Positions 27,599 through 39,531 of a stretch of 64,000 bases of DNA are shown one piece after another. A model generated the notes under the pieces. The model was not told the origin of the DNA. It saw only the letters and a list, made by a program, of their open reading frames with translations, and made no database searches. Each line of letters begins with the position of its first letter. The first letter of the stretch is position 1. Position numbers and translations under genes: made by a program. The stretch comes from the human T2T-CHM13v2.0 reference genome, Homo sapiens, in the NCBI RefSeq assembly GCF_009914755.1, contig NC_060927.1. The stretch is one strand, 5' to 3'.

Positions 27599-28030
27599 CT
27601 CTCTCTCTCTGTCCTTCCTTCCTTCCTTCCTTCCTTCTGACAGTCTCACTCTGTCATCCAGGCTAGAGTGCAGTGGTCTTGACTCACAGCAACTTCCACC
27701 TCCCTACCTCAAGCAACCCTCCCTCCTCAGCCTACCGAATAGCTGGGATTACAGGCACCTGCCACCATGCCTGGATAATTTTTTGTATGTTTTTGTAGAG
27801 ATGGGGTTTCGTCATGTTGCCTAGGCTGGTCTCAAACTTCTGAGCTCAAGCAATCTGCCCACATTGGCTTCCCAAAGTGCTGGGATTACAGACATGAGCC
27901 ACATACGCTTCAGATCTGGCATAGATGTAAATGTCGAAGCTCAGGTCACATCTGTAATTTTAACCCAACACCCCTTAGAAACTTAGCTAATGATGGTGTG
28001 AAATAGTTCCTCTATATAATGTTTAAGACA
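27085..28030. repeat. 130-bp inverted repeat pair (27085-27214 and 27901-28030)
   Basis: Manual reverse-complement alignment: ungapped, about 6 mismatches in 130 bp. Confidence 0.95.
27371..27411. repeat. (TG)n/(CG) alternating purine-pyrimidine tract
   Basis: tgtgtgtgtgtgtgtgtgtgtgcgcgtgtgcgcacgcacgc. Confidence 0.9.
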
Positions 28031-28041
28031 AGAGCCCAGCC
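27460..28041 (-). mobile_element. AluJ-like element with tail expanded into (TTTC/TTCC)n and 5' end interrupted by a 130-bp insert
   Basis: Alu body 27639-27902 (gttgcctaggctggtctcaaacttctgagctcaagc), remaining 5' tip agagcccagcc at 28031-28041; TSD TCAAATGCTTT at 27449-27459 and 28042-28052. Confidence 0.9.
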
Positions 28042-28399
28042 TCAAATGCTTTCCTGTTTATGCTCATCTACTTGTGCCCCTACCATAGCATATTAGTATA
28101 TCCAGCCAGTTTCATATTTTAGATCAAGTGGAATCTCCTTCATGTAAAAGTTATTATTACTTGGTTTTGTTCAAACTACTGGAGAAGTCTGATATTTGTA
28201 ACATAAATAGTTTGAATCACTATGACTATTATCAGGGTTAGTTCCCTCATAACAAATATTTGTTTTATAAATTGGAACACAGTATACTTAATTTGATTCA
28301 TAACTGTGTCCTATGAGGACTGATAGAAGGTACCAGTGACATTTTGCCTGTAACAGGGAAGTCTTGGGGAACACAATGGTTTTGTGCAGACACTTGAAA

Positions 28400-28620
28400 C
28401 ATTGTCATGCTACAAAGGGAATTCAGTTGTGTATGACCCCAAGGAGTAAAACTAGGATAGTGGATGAAAGCCACAGGATGACAGATTTTAACTGAGTATA
28501 AGGAAGAGTTTTCTAATAGTCTCAACTGTCCAAAGAAGCCTCAGGAAGCAGTAAATTAGCAATCTCCAATCTCTGGATCTGTTCAAGCAGAAGGGACTCT
28601 AGCAGCGAAAGGGATGTTGG
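28400..28620 (+). mobile_element. L3/CR1 3' fragment
   Basis: aaaactaggatagtggatgaaagccacaggatgacagattttaactgagtataaggaagagttttctaa..ctgtccaa..gcctcaggaagcagtaa..tgttcaagcaga. Confidence 0.65.
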
Positions 28621-28919
28621 CACTTCAATATTTTGGGACTTCTGAGGACTACTTGCCAAAGCCAAGTGCTGATGAAAAGCTTCTCCACGCTGCTCACAGT
28701 AGAAACACTTCATTACAGATCTTGAACACACCGAGGCAGTAAAACTTGCTGCCCCTTTGCATGTTTCAGTTCCTATGAAATCACAGTAACTAACCCCAAG
28801 AAATTGCTGATGGCTGGACTTGGCTAGTAAATCTTTTGTCCTAGAATATAAACCCTTTACTAGCCAAACTTTTTCAGCTTCCTTTGATGGTCCTTCCCAA
28901 TTGATCTAGTCTTTAAATA

Positions 28920-29263
28920 GAGTCAGGCTTTGCATAACAGCAGGGAAACATTCTGAGAAACATGTTGTTAGGTGGTTTTGTTGTGAAAGCATCATAGTTT
29001 GTACTTACAGAAACCTAGATGGCATAGCCTACTACACACCTAGGCTTTTTGGGATACCCTATGGCTCCTAAGCTACACACCTGTAAGCTTGTAACTGTAT
29101 TGGATACTGTAGGTAATTGTAACAAAATGGTGAATATTTATGTATCTAAACATAGATAAACATAGAAAAGGTATAGTAAAATTACAGTATTCTAATTTTA
29201 TGGGACCACCATCACATATACAGTCCCTCATTGACTGAAATGCATTTATACAGTGCCTAACTG
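28920..29263 (+). mobile_element. Tigger3a (MER7A) TcMar-Tigger MITE
   Basis: ttctgagaaacatgttgttagg..aaacctagatggcatagcctactacacacctaggct..atgggaccaccatc..actg, with TA on both sides. Confidence 0.9.
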
Positions 29264-29329
29264 TATTATTGTTCTTTAAAACTTGGTGTTGTCCTCCTTT
29301 CTCCATTCTACCTTATTACCCTTGATGAA

Positions 29330-30330
29330 CTCATGACTTTACTACCTATGCCTTGAAGACTTGGAAGTTTACACCTTCTGAATTAAAACCTATACATCCA
29401 ACTGTGTGGTTAATATCAATATTTGGACATTTTAGAGGCATTTCAAATATCACACATAAGAAATCTAATTTCTAGTTGCCTTCTAGTGGCATTGTTTCTC
29501 TTCCAGTTTTAGCCATCTCACAAAATGATATCATTAGGGTACCCATGAGAGCTCCTCTTGGCATTTCACTCTCACTTGTCCTCCTCACATAGGCCATACC
29601 TCCAGCACCTATCTCAAAATCTCCCCCTTCTTTCCACTGCTCTTTCTAATATTTTCAGCTAGAGCACCATTACTCCTGGCCTGGACCACTGTAATAGCAT
29701 CTGACCTGGTTCCCCTGATTCTACCTTATCCCCGTCAATTCATTTTTTACAGTTGGAATGAGTATTTTTTTTTTCTGTTTCTTTGTGCCTTATGAAAACA
29801 ACAACAAAAAACATTGATTTTTGAAATAATTATAGACCCACAAGATGTTGCAAAAATATTTCAGGAAGTAGTAATTCAAAGTAATATTTTCAAAGTGCAC
29901 ATCTAATTATGTTACTGTCTTCCTTAAACACGTCTAGCAGTTTCCTAATTTTCTTAGGAAAGTAAACATTGCTATGAAAGCCTGTAAATCCCAGCGTGAT
30001 GTCTGCTTTTCTATTTCTTCAGTTTCCTTTTGGTCCTCCATCACTAATGGTGCTTCATTTATCCTGACTTTTTCTGTTTCTTGCCTATCAAGAACTCCTT
30101 CTAACCTAATGTTTCCTCTATATGTTTTGTTTTACTCTCACTTCAATGCTCAGTGTGAATGTCACATATTCAACTCATCATTCACTAATCCCACAATCTA
30201 AATTAGCTTCCTCTATTACACCCTCATGTTTATGTCTCATTTTTCTACATAGCATTTATCAACATTATCTGCATAATTACTTACCACCTGTCTCCCTAAC
30301 TGTACTATAAGCAACCTTGCTCATTCTTCT
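29330..30330 (+). mobile_element. L2 fragment(s), interrupted by a short L1M-like piece (~29765-29870)
   Basis: catccaactg..ggcatttcaaa..caccattactcctggcctggaccactgtaatagc..catagcatttatcaac..ctgtctccc..ctataag. Confidence 0.65.
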
Positions 30331-30439
30331 GAGATCACAACTCTGCAAATATTAGGTTCTTTACGGGTTTTCAAGCAATGAAGTCTAGAGTGCTCACAGA
30401 AGAGAGTTCTGATTGACGCTTCGAATTTGTGAGCGGTTG

Positions 30440-30630
30440 AGAACTCTCTAAGGAGCACCAAGTTAGACTTCGATTCAAATATTAGTTCTATCAATTACTT
30501 GATGTATATCTTTAATCAAGTTACTTAAACATACGGAGTTCCATACTAATCATCCATAATAACATTACCATTTATGGATTCTTACAAAGATTAAATGAAT
30601 AAAGGCATGAACATGCTTAGTATAGTACCA
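30440..30630 (+). mobile_element. MIR fragment
   Basis: gattcaaatattagttctatcaattact..caagttacttaa..agattaaatgaataa..atgcttagtatagtacc. Confidence 0.55.
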
Positions 30631-30806
30631 TGGGCTACCTTGTCAAATCTGGGAAATAGTGGTTTCTAAACTTTGCATGTTAGGAAAATAAATCATTCAT
30701 GGCCACAAACGTACACAAACTCAACAACACAACATATAAATGTTCACCAGAATACAATAATGTTTTGATTAACTCTCCAAATGATATCATCCAGATTTTT
30801 ACAAGC

Positions 30807-32102
30807 TCTGTACAAGCAGGAAGTGGTGACCAAATTAGAGCTGTAAAACGTTTGACTAAGGATTGAAGGCATAATCCAAGATGTACAGAGTCACTTGTAT
30901 ACAAGTGATTTTTTGTCAGACTTTTTCTATTGTTCATTTTCTTTCAGCTTTTTAAGGTTGGTTTTAATATACAAAACACAGTTTTAGGCCTTTTTTCCTC
31001 TTGCCTATATCTGACTCTGACACACGTGATAAACAACCATAAATTCTCTGGGGATAAGATTCTTTTCTATATTTTTAACCTAAACAAGATTGTGTCCCTT
31101 GAAAAAGAACCTTGGAAAGAAAAACTTACGCAGACCCAATGTTAATTAAGCCTTGGAATACAGAGAACATAACAAAATATCCTAAGAGCCAATGAATATG
31201 GCTATGTTAACATATTGAAGCCAATTTTTATAATTGTCAATGAATTGATGTATCAGAGACATCTTTTAAAATGGCTATGATGATGCAAATCAAAGCAAAA
31301 TGTCAGATAAATGCTTTCTGAAATTTCTTCCCTCCATAAAAGCAGAGAACACTGGCAAAACTTGTCAGAATCAACTTTTTCAGAATTCTGGAAATGAATC
31401 ATAAACTTATAGCAATCCAAGAAGTGTTGTTTCAAGAAAAAATGGTTTTCTTAACCTCAAACAGAAGACTTTGTGACATTCTAACTTGCCCTATCCTCAT
31501 CTTTTCTCCCCAGCTCTGCAATAGCCTTGTAAACTAACAGTCCATCATCATAGTGAAAGCCAGTATCCTGGAAGCCACTGGAGGGGGCGGAACTATATTG
31601 AGCTACTTCAATACCCAATCCGCAGAGAATTGTCATAATGTGACCTGTCTGAGAGTTCCCTGGAAGTCCCAATTCACAACACCACATTTATTTGACCTGA
31701 CTTGGAACTTAACCAGTGCAAACAGCCCTTTCTCCAGAAGCATTTATCAAAAAAGCAAGCAGGGTCAATTGTTTAACCTTATGAATACCAGAGATGGTTG
31801 GTAACAGTTGAGACAACAACAGACTAATCACAAAGCTGAAAGGAGAAAGATGGGCAATAAGAGATCCATAGGGGACTTTGAATAGCTCTGACATATTTTT
31901 GTGAATCTAGAAGGCTATGTGCATATGAAGGCCTTTGCACTTGCCTATGGCTGTGTGCATCCTGAAGATCTGGTAAGGTTTTAAGCTGTCACCTCTGGCC
32001 AACCACAAGATTCTGTACAAGCAGGAAGTGATGACCAAATCAGAGCTGTAAAACATTTGGCTGAGAGTTGAAGGCATAATCCAAGATGTACACAGTCACT
32101 TG
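30807..32102 (+). repeat. 91-bp direct repeat pair (30807-30897 and 32012-32102)
   Basis: Ungapped manual alignment, 8 mismatches in 91 bp. Confidence 0.93.
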
Positions 32103-35100
32103 GTAAAGATGAGGACAGTTACAGCTGATAGACATCATTAGCTGACTAGTAAGTTAGACATAACAAAGAATACAGGCTTTACAAAATTAGTTCAGAAAAG
32201 CTACTAACCAAACAATACGATAATCGCAACAGACAGCAACAACAATAAATCCTGGGGAGGAGAAAAAATCTGATGCCTACATTTATAACTTTATATTATT
32301 TTTAATTATCAGGTTTAAAAATTATAAAACATGTAAACAGACAAGAAAATAAGGCCCATATTCAGGGAAAAGGGAGTCAGTTGAACCTGTACCAGAGGAA
32401 GCCCAAAGTTTTTACTTCCTAGACAAAGAATTTTAAATTAGTTATTTTCAAAAGGTTACAAAGAATAAAGAAAAAGATCAGAATGATATCTTACTAAAGG
32501 CTATACAAATAAAGAGATAAAGCCATTAATAGCTTTTTCATAGCTCTTAAAGTTGTTTTTAAAAGCATCAAATAGAAATTCTAGAGATGAGAAGTACAAT
32601 AACTGAAATAAAAATTCATAGCAGATTTGAAGAGGCAGACGAATCAATGAACTTGAATTTGTAAGATTATCTAGCATAAGGAACAGAAAGAAAAACATTT
32701 TAAAAAAAATGAATGGTCTCGGAGACTTATGAGAGACCAAGTGTACCAACATACGCATAATATGAGATTCAGAGAAAAGGATAGAGAGAAAGAGGCAGAA
32801 AGACTGAGGAAGTCATGGCAGAAAAACTCCAAAGCCCAAAGTTTATTAAAAACATTAATATGCACATCAAAGAAGCTCAATGAATTCCAAATAATATAAA
32901 CTGAAAGAAATTCATACCAAGACACATCACAATCAAACTGTTGAAAGCCAGGATGGGGGTTGTGGGGAGCAGAAAAAAACAACACCAAGCCAAGAATTCT
33001 ATATCCATCATAAATAGCAGAAAAATCAAGGCATTTCTAAATACACAAAAACTAAGCAAATTTGTCACTAGCTGACTTGCTCTATAAGAAATACTAGGGG
33101 GATCTTTCAGGCTGAAATGAAAGGACACTAGGCAATAATTTGAATCCACATGAATAAATAAAAAGCACCAGTAAGGATAACAATGTACTTAAATATAAAT
33201 AGACAACATAAACATATTTTTGTAAATACTTTTATCTTGTATCTGTTTAAAGTCAATTGCATAAACAATAATTATAAATTTGTGTTGATGAACTTAAAAG
33301 GAATAGAAATTCAAGCCACCCAGATTGGAAAGGAAAAAGTAAACCTATCTCTATTTGCAGATGACATGACCCTGTATATAGAAAATCATAAGGAATTAAT
33401 TAAAAAACTATGAGAGTTAAGTTCAGCAAGGTTGCATGGTAAAACAGTGAATATGTAAAGATAATTTATATTCCTATGCACTATTGTGAAAATAAGGTTA
33501 ATAAAATGATTAAATTTGTATCATGTAAAAAAGAATAATATATTAAATAATAAATTTAACAAAATAAACGTAAGACCTGTACATTATAAACTATTCCACT
33601 AAAAACATTAAAAAGGAGCTAAATAAATGAAAGATATTCCATGTTTATAAGTTAGAAGACTTAATATTGTTAAGATGGCAATACTTTCCAACTTTATCTA
33701 AAGACTCAATGCAATTTCTTGCAAAATCACAATTGCCTTTTAATAGAAATTGACAGGGTAATTCTAAAAATCACATGGAAATACAAAGAACACAGAATAG
33801 CCTAAACAATTTAGGGTAAAAAAACAAATTTGGATGATTAACTCTTCCCGATTTTTAAAATTTACTGCAAAGCTGCATAGTAATCAAGATAGTGTGGTAC
33901 TGGCACAGAATAGACATTGATTGACTCTAATGATGACTACAGAAACAAATTCACACATTATGGCCAATTTTCAAAAAGTTTTCCAAGACAATTCAATAGT
34001 GCAAGAATAGTCTTTTTATCAAATCGTGCTAGAACAAATAGATACCTACATGGGAAAGGCTGAAGCTTGAACTCTACCTCACACCATACACAAAGATTGA
34101 CTCAAAACGGACCATAGACCTAACTATTAGAGCTAAAAGTATAAACACTTAGAAGAAAACAGAAATGTAAATCTTCATGACTTTGGCTTAGGCAATAGTT
34201 TCTTAGATATGATACCAAAATGCAAGCAGTAAAATAAAAAATAGATTGAATTTCATCAAAATTGGGAACTTCTGTGCTTTATAGGACACTATAAATTAGT
34301 TAAAAAGACAACCCACAACATGGGAGAAAATATTTGCCATGCTTGACCTTTGAACAATGCAGGATTAGGGGTGCTGACTTACTGCACAGTCAAAAATCCA
34401 CATGTAAGTTTTGGCTCCCTCAAAACTTAACTATTAATAGCCAACTGTTGGCCAAAAGCCTCACTGATTATACAGTTAATTAGTGTATATTTTGTATGTT
34501 ATATGTATTACATACTATATTCTTACAATAAAGTAGCTAGAGAAAAGAAAATGCTATTAAGAAAATCATAAGGAAGAGAAAATACATTTACTATTCATCA
34601 ACTGTAAGTGGATTATCATAAAGGTCTTCATCCTTGTTGTCATCTTCAAGTTGAGCAGCCTGAGGAGGAGGAGGAAGCTGTCTCAGGGGTGGCAGAGGTG
34701 GTAGAAAATCTTTGTATAAGTGGATCCATGCAGTTTAAACTCCAGTTGTTTAAGGATCAACTGTAATATATCTGGTGAGGATCTAGTATCCAAAATGTAT
34801 AGAGAACTCTTACAATTTAGCAACTAAAAGACAAATAATATCATCAAAAACTGGCCAAATATTTGAATAAACATTTCTTCACAGAAAGTACAAATAGCCA
34901 ATAGCCACATAAAGAAATTCTTAACATTGTTAGTAATTAGGAACGTGTAAATAATGTAAATCAAAACACTGGGATGTCTTCCAACCCATGAGGATGGATA
35001 CGATATAAAAGATAGATAATAATATGTGGTAGAGAAATCAGAACCTTCACATAATCCTGGTGCAAATGTAAAATGGTACAGCGGATTAAAAAAAAGTTTG

Positions 35101-35565
35101 CAGTCTTTCAATAAATCTAAAACATAGAGTTTTTATATGACACAAGATTCCAATCCTATTTATATACCACAGAGAGATCCAAATACATGTCTATACAAAT
35201 ATTTGTACACAAATGTTTGTAGTAGCATTGTTCATAATAGCCAAAAAAATGAAAACAACCCAAATGTTCATCAACTGATGTATGAGGAAAGAAATGTGGT
35301 GTACACATACAATAGAATATTATTCAGCCATAAAAATGAAGTACTAATTAATGTTACAACATGGATGAACCTTAAATTCATTTTGTTAAGTGAAAGAAGC
35401 CCAGGCACAAAAGGCCTATTATACAATTTGATTTATATGAAATGTCCTGATTAGGCAAACCTATAGAGACACAAAATAGGTTAGTATTTGTCAGAGGCTG
35501 AGAGATGGTCTGGGGAGTGATTGCTAATGGGTAGGGAGTTCCTTTATGGGTGATAAAAATATTCA
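31260..35565 (+). mobile_element. Old L1 (L1MB/L1M4-like): 5' region, ORF1 remnant, RT-to-3'UTR segment
   Basis: ORF1-like ccaagacacatcacaatcaaactgttgaaagcca; RT motif QIGKEKVNLSLFADDMTLYIEN at ~33320-33390; L1MB-type 3'UTR ggcaaacctatagagacacaaaataggttagt..gattgctaatgggta. Confidence 0.85.
34340..34763. mobile_element. Tigger2a (MER28-like) inserted in the L1M
   Basis: ttgacctttgaacaatgcaggattaggggtgctgac...gctagagaaaagaaaatgctattaagaaaatcataaggaagagaaaata...ttgtttaaggatcaactg followed by TA. Confidence 0.9.
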
Positions 35566-36001
35566 GCAACATGTTGTCACTTTCAAAAGAGATTATGTGA
35601 GAGGACTACTGGTGAATAGCTTGTGCATACCCAAACCAGAATCTGGCAAGGGCCCTTAGCTAATATCTAACTCTGAAAGGATTATGGCAGCTACACCAGG
35701 TAGATGAGTCCCTTAAAGCCTATCCCGAGCCACTATGTATGGACTGCCTGACTCACCAGTTCCCTCTCATTTTGAGCTCTTTAATTTTTTTCCTAGGAAT
35801 TGGAAACTTGGAATTTGCTTGTTTGATAGTTTGGCTGTTTCCTTGCTCAGCTAAATTTTGTACAGTATGTTCTGGATACTCTTTGAAGAGTAAGAAAATG
35901 GAAAAATAACCTATCCAATAAGTTTTAGCATCTCCAGGGAGAAACAAATAATTTAGCAAATATAACCAATGACTAAATTTCCTAAAACAAAATATGACAT
36001 A

Positions 36002-36389
36002 TGTATCAGTCAGAATGTTTTAGGCTGCAAGTAACAAAACATCCTTGCTCAAACTGGTCTAGCAATAAATCAAGTTATTATGTCCAAACAGCAAAAATTT
36101 AAGAGGTAAGAGAGGTTCTAAGGATGATACCAATAGTGGTATAATGATATTAAGGACACAGGTTGTTCTGCTGTCTTCAGCTCAGGTTTTACCCTAAAGT
36201 TGGATCCTCTCATGGTTGCAAAACATCTGCCAATAGCATTTTTTCATTCATTCTAAGTCAATTTAAGTTGAATATCTGCCCCTTTCCCACCCAAATCAAT
36301 AATAATTGCCAGAAAAACTCGTGGTAATTAATTTAGACTAATGTGGCTTTTCTCCTAGGCCTGAGGTCACCTTATCCTGATCATGTTTT

Positions 36390-36436
<47 letters not shown>

Positions 36437-36507
36437 CTTTTTTTTTTTTTTTTAATCTGAAGGAGAAGAGGAAAGGTTTGGATAGGTGAGCAAAAGTCCT
36501 TGCCACA
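36002..36507 (-). mobile_element. MaLR solo LTR (MLT1J/K/L-like) with internal (TG)n at ~36390-36434
   Basis: tgtatcagtcagaatgttttaggctgcaagtaacaaaac..ctcaaactgg..cctctcatggttgcaaaa..ends gccaca. Confidence 0.7.
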
Positions 36508-38339
36508 TATAATTTGATTCTTTATCTAAAAATAGGGCCAAGGATTTAAAATATTGGTTAGTTAGGTTATGAGGTCTTTACATGTATTTGTAAGCAATAA
36601 AATTATTTTATTTAAGCTTAACCAAATTTTAGCTTAATATCAGATTTCAAGGCCAGGCAGAATCAGATCAAACCCAACCATGGGGACAATCCAGTGTATA
36701 GCTTGAGAGGAAGTATGGCATGATCATCTGGCTTGTTTTGAAATTTTAGAGGCCTGGTTAAAAATACGTTTGCACCCCTTATTATCTGCACATCTGTGGG
36801 CCAAGTACTTCAAACCTCAGTGTTAATATTAATAAGAAGGGGAAAGCTGTGCCCAGTTTGTCAGGTTGATATTTGACAATTGTCAAGTTGATGACACATA
36901 AAAAGTTTTACCATTTTCACATCTAAGACTGACCTCAAATCATTCAGTGCAGGGATGTCTCCGGAATCCTGAGTTATGTGTTTGACAGGTAGCTGAGCCT
37001 CCTGGGCTTTGTGTAACTAACTTCATGGGAAGCTCACTTGTTAACTTATTAGAGCAGTGCTTTCAACTGGCTTCTTGAAAGCTCTTCCCAACATCCCCCA
37101 ACAAAAATCCACCACAGGAATGGGGTTTTCTTTGTATCACAAAGGCATTAAAGTGTGGACTAACTACATCACAAATCTCCAGCATTTGCTACAGTATTAT
37201 CAGGGGAGTGCAGTGAAAGCTAGACTCCAAGTGAGAGGTGGACGTCATATGGGCATACCTGGCAAGCCTTGCACCTCAGATGTCAGTGGGAAGCAAAATG
37301 TGACCAGGTTTTGAATTATGGAACACATACTTAAAAGGAAATAATTTGCAACATGGATCCAGGGATCGAAACTCTTGATTTTTTCCCTTGATTATTCATT
37401 CAATTTAAAATAACAAAGAAGAAGAATATGCTTTGTGTTATGTATCATAGAGTAAAATTTTCATGTTTTGCAAACTGTGTTAATTTCCCCCATTCTTTTG
37501 TAGTTTATTTTTTAGAAAATCAATTGGTTTGGGATATGTGTAGTGATATGAATGAAGTATTATTGTTTTGAAAAAATCTGTACTCTCAAATCGGTTTCTG
37601 AGACAAAGGACACATCCACACACAAGAGTTGGCTTTATGTGGTGGCTTATCTGTTCTTTATTTATTTTGGAAACAGCCTTTTGAATTTAGTTCCAATAAA
37701 ACTAGGTATTAGTCAGTAATTTCTTAAAACTGGTTTAATCTTCAGCCCAAGCAGCAATTTAAAAATCTCTCTAATCCACCACCACATCAAAGCTATTTTG
37801 TGGAAGCGGTTTGCGTTCACTGTGACACATTGAAAGTGTTCAGCCAGAGATGAAACTCCAAAAACAAGTCATCCTGTAATTTAATGGAAGGAGATATTCA
37901 GGCAGGCATTGAAGAGGACAATCTCCTCCTGTTCCGTAAATCGAACCCTCTACCCAGCTAATTATAATTTAAAAACACATACAGAATTGAAGTCCATGGA
38001 ACCTGCTGCTTTCTATTTCCATTGTGCAAATGTATTTTTTGAAACATAGAATTGCCCCATCCTTGTCACCAGCAACATCTGTTATTGGCACTTAAATATT
38101 TATATTACCCTTTCCTCTGCATCTTGCATAATAATATGTGTAATAATATTACATACTAATGATTTAATTTTAGAGCTGCCTAACTCAGCTAAAATGATTC
38201 CTATAATTGGAAAAATGAAATATGTGTATAGAAATGTGTACATATACATGTCTGTACACATAGACATATATATAAAATCTCACACATGAAAAATTAAGAG
38301 GGGATGCAAAATGTGTAAGAAGAAATTGTAAATTTAAAT

Positions 38340-38702
38340 AACAACGAATGCCTACTGGTACGTTCTCAAACACATGAAACTTGAAAACCTGCTAAATGAA
38401 AGACACCAGTCACAGAGGACCACACATTCTATGATTCCATTTATATAAAATATCCAGAATAGGCAAATACATAGAAACAGAAAATATATTACTTGTAGCT
38501 TAGAGCTGGGGGAATAGGGAAATTAGAGGATGATGACTAAGGAGTGTGGGATTTTTTTTTGGGAGTAATGAAAATATTCTAGATTTGATTGTGGTAAAAT
38601 TTGTACAGATCTGTGACTGTATTAAAAGCCATTGAATTACACACTTTTAAGTGGATGAACTGTAACATATATAAATTGTATCCAAATGAAGCTCTTTAAA
38701 AC
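38340..38702 (+). mobile_element. L1MB-type 3'UTR fragment
   Basis: tgctaaatgaaagacaccagtcacagaggaccacacattctatgattccatttatataaaatatccagaataggcaaatacatagaaacagaaa..ccattgaattacacactttt. Confidence 0.85.
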
Positions 38703-39503
38703 AATGCCTAGCTCTATTACTTGAATTCCTTAGATTTCTGTTTACTAATAAGATTTTTCTCATTTTATGCAATAAACACGGTGATTCACAGTTATTCTAT
38801 TTTATGAATATCTTCTTGTGATATAATTCTGTACAGCTAAGTGAACGTAAAAGCTGGGATCATTTAAGAATGTTTTAATCTCTGCAAGACTCGTAGCAGT
38901 AATTGGATTTCCATAAGAACCAACATACACACCCCACGTGCACACAGACCAACCACATTCCATAAAGGAGCAGTCAGAAACTCCTGTTAGCTAACCTCTG
39001 ACTGTTGTGGAATTATTTAAATCACTACAGAAAGTCTCTCTGAGAGGGGATTCCTCTGTTGTAAATGTCATGGGGCATCCCTGAAATGGGAGGAATTTAT
39101 AAACACATGAAAACGCCGCAACACTGCCCACAGAACACAAACAGTCTTTGGATGGTTTAGAGCCTGTGGTTTTGTTTTTTCTACTTCTAGACAAATTGTT
39201 TACATCAGAATTGACATCGTTTGAAAATTACTATTTAATATATTGCCTATTTTTAGTTGGATGATTCATTGTCTAGGTTTTGCTCTTCTATCTCTCATTC
39301 AAAAGACTCTTCCCTCTTGGTTGAGGCTAAATCTGACTGGGTTACAGTTAAACTTGTATATATAATACAGGTAACATAAGAGGCCTTTGCTAATATCTGG
39401 TGCTTTCAAAGTGCTTTGACATTTAAAAAATTGCATTTTCTCCTCACAGATGGCCTGGAGTTGTTTCCCAAGAAAAGTGTGAGCAAGTTAGCTTGGCCTT
39501 CAG

Positions 39504-39531
39504 TTTTTTTTTTTTTTTTTTTTTTTTTTTT
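39504..39531. repeat. Poly-T run (28 nt)
   Basis: Read directly from sequence. Confidence 0.9.
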
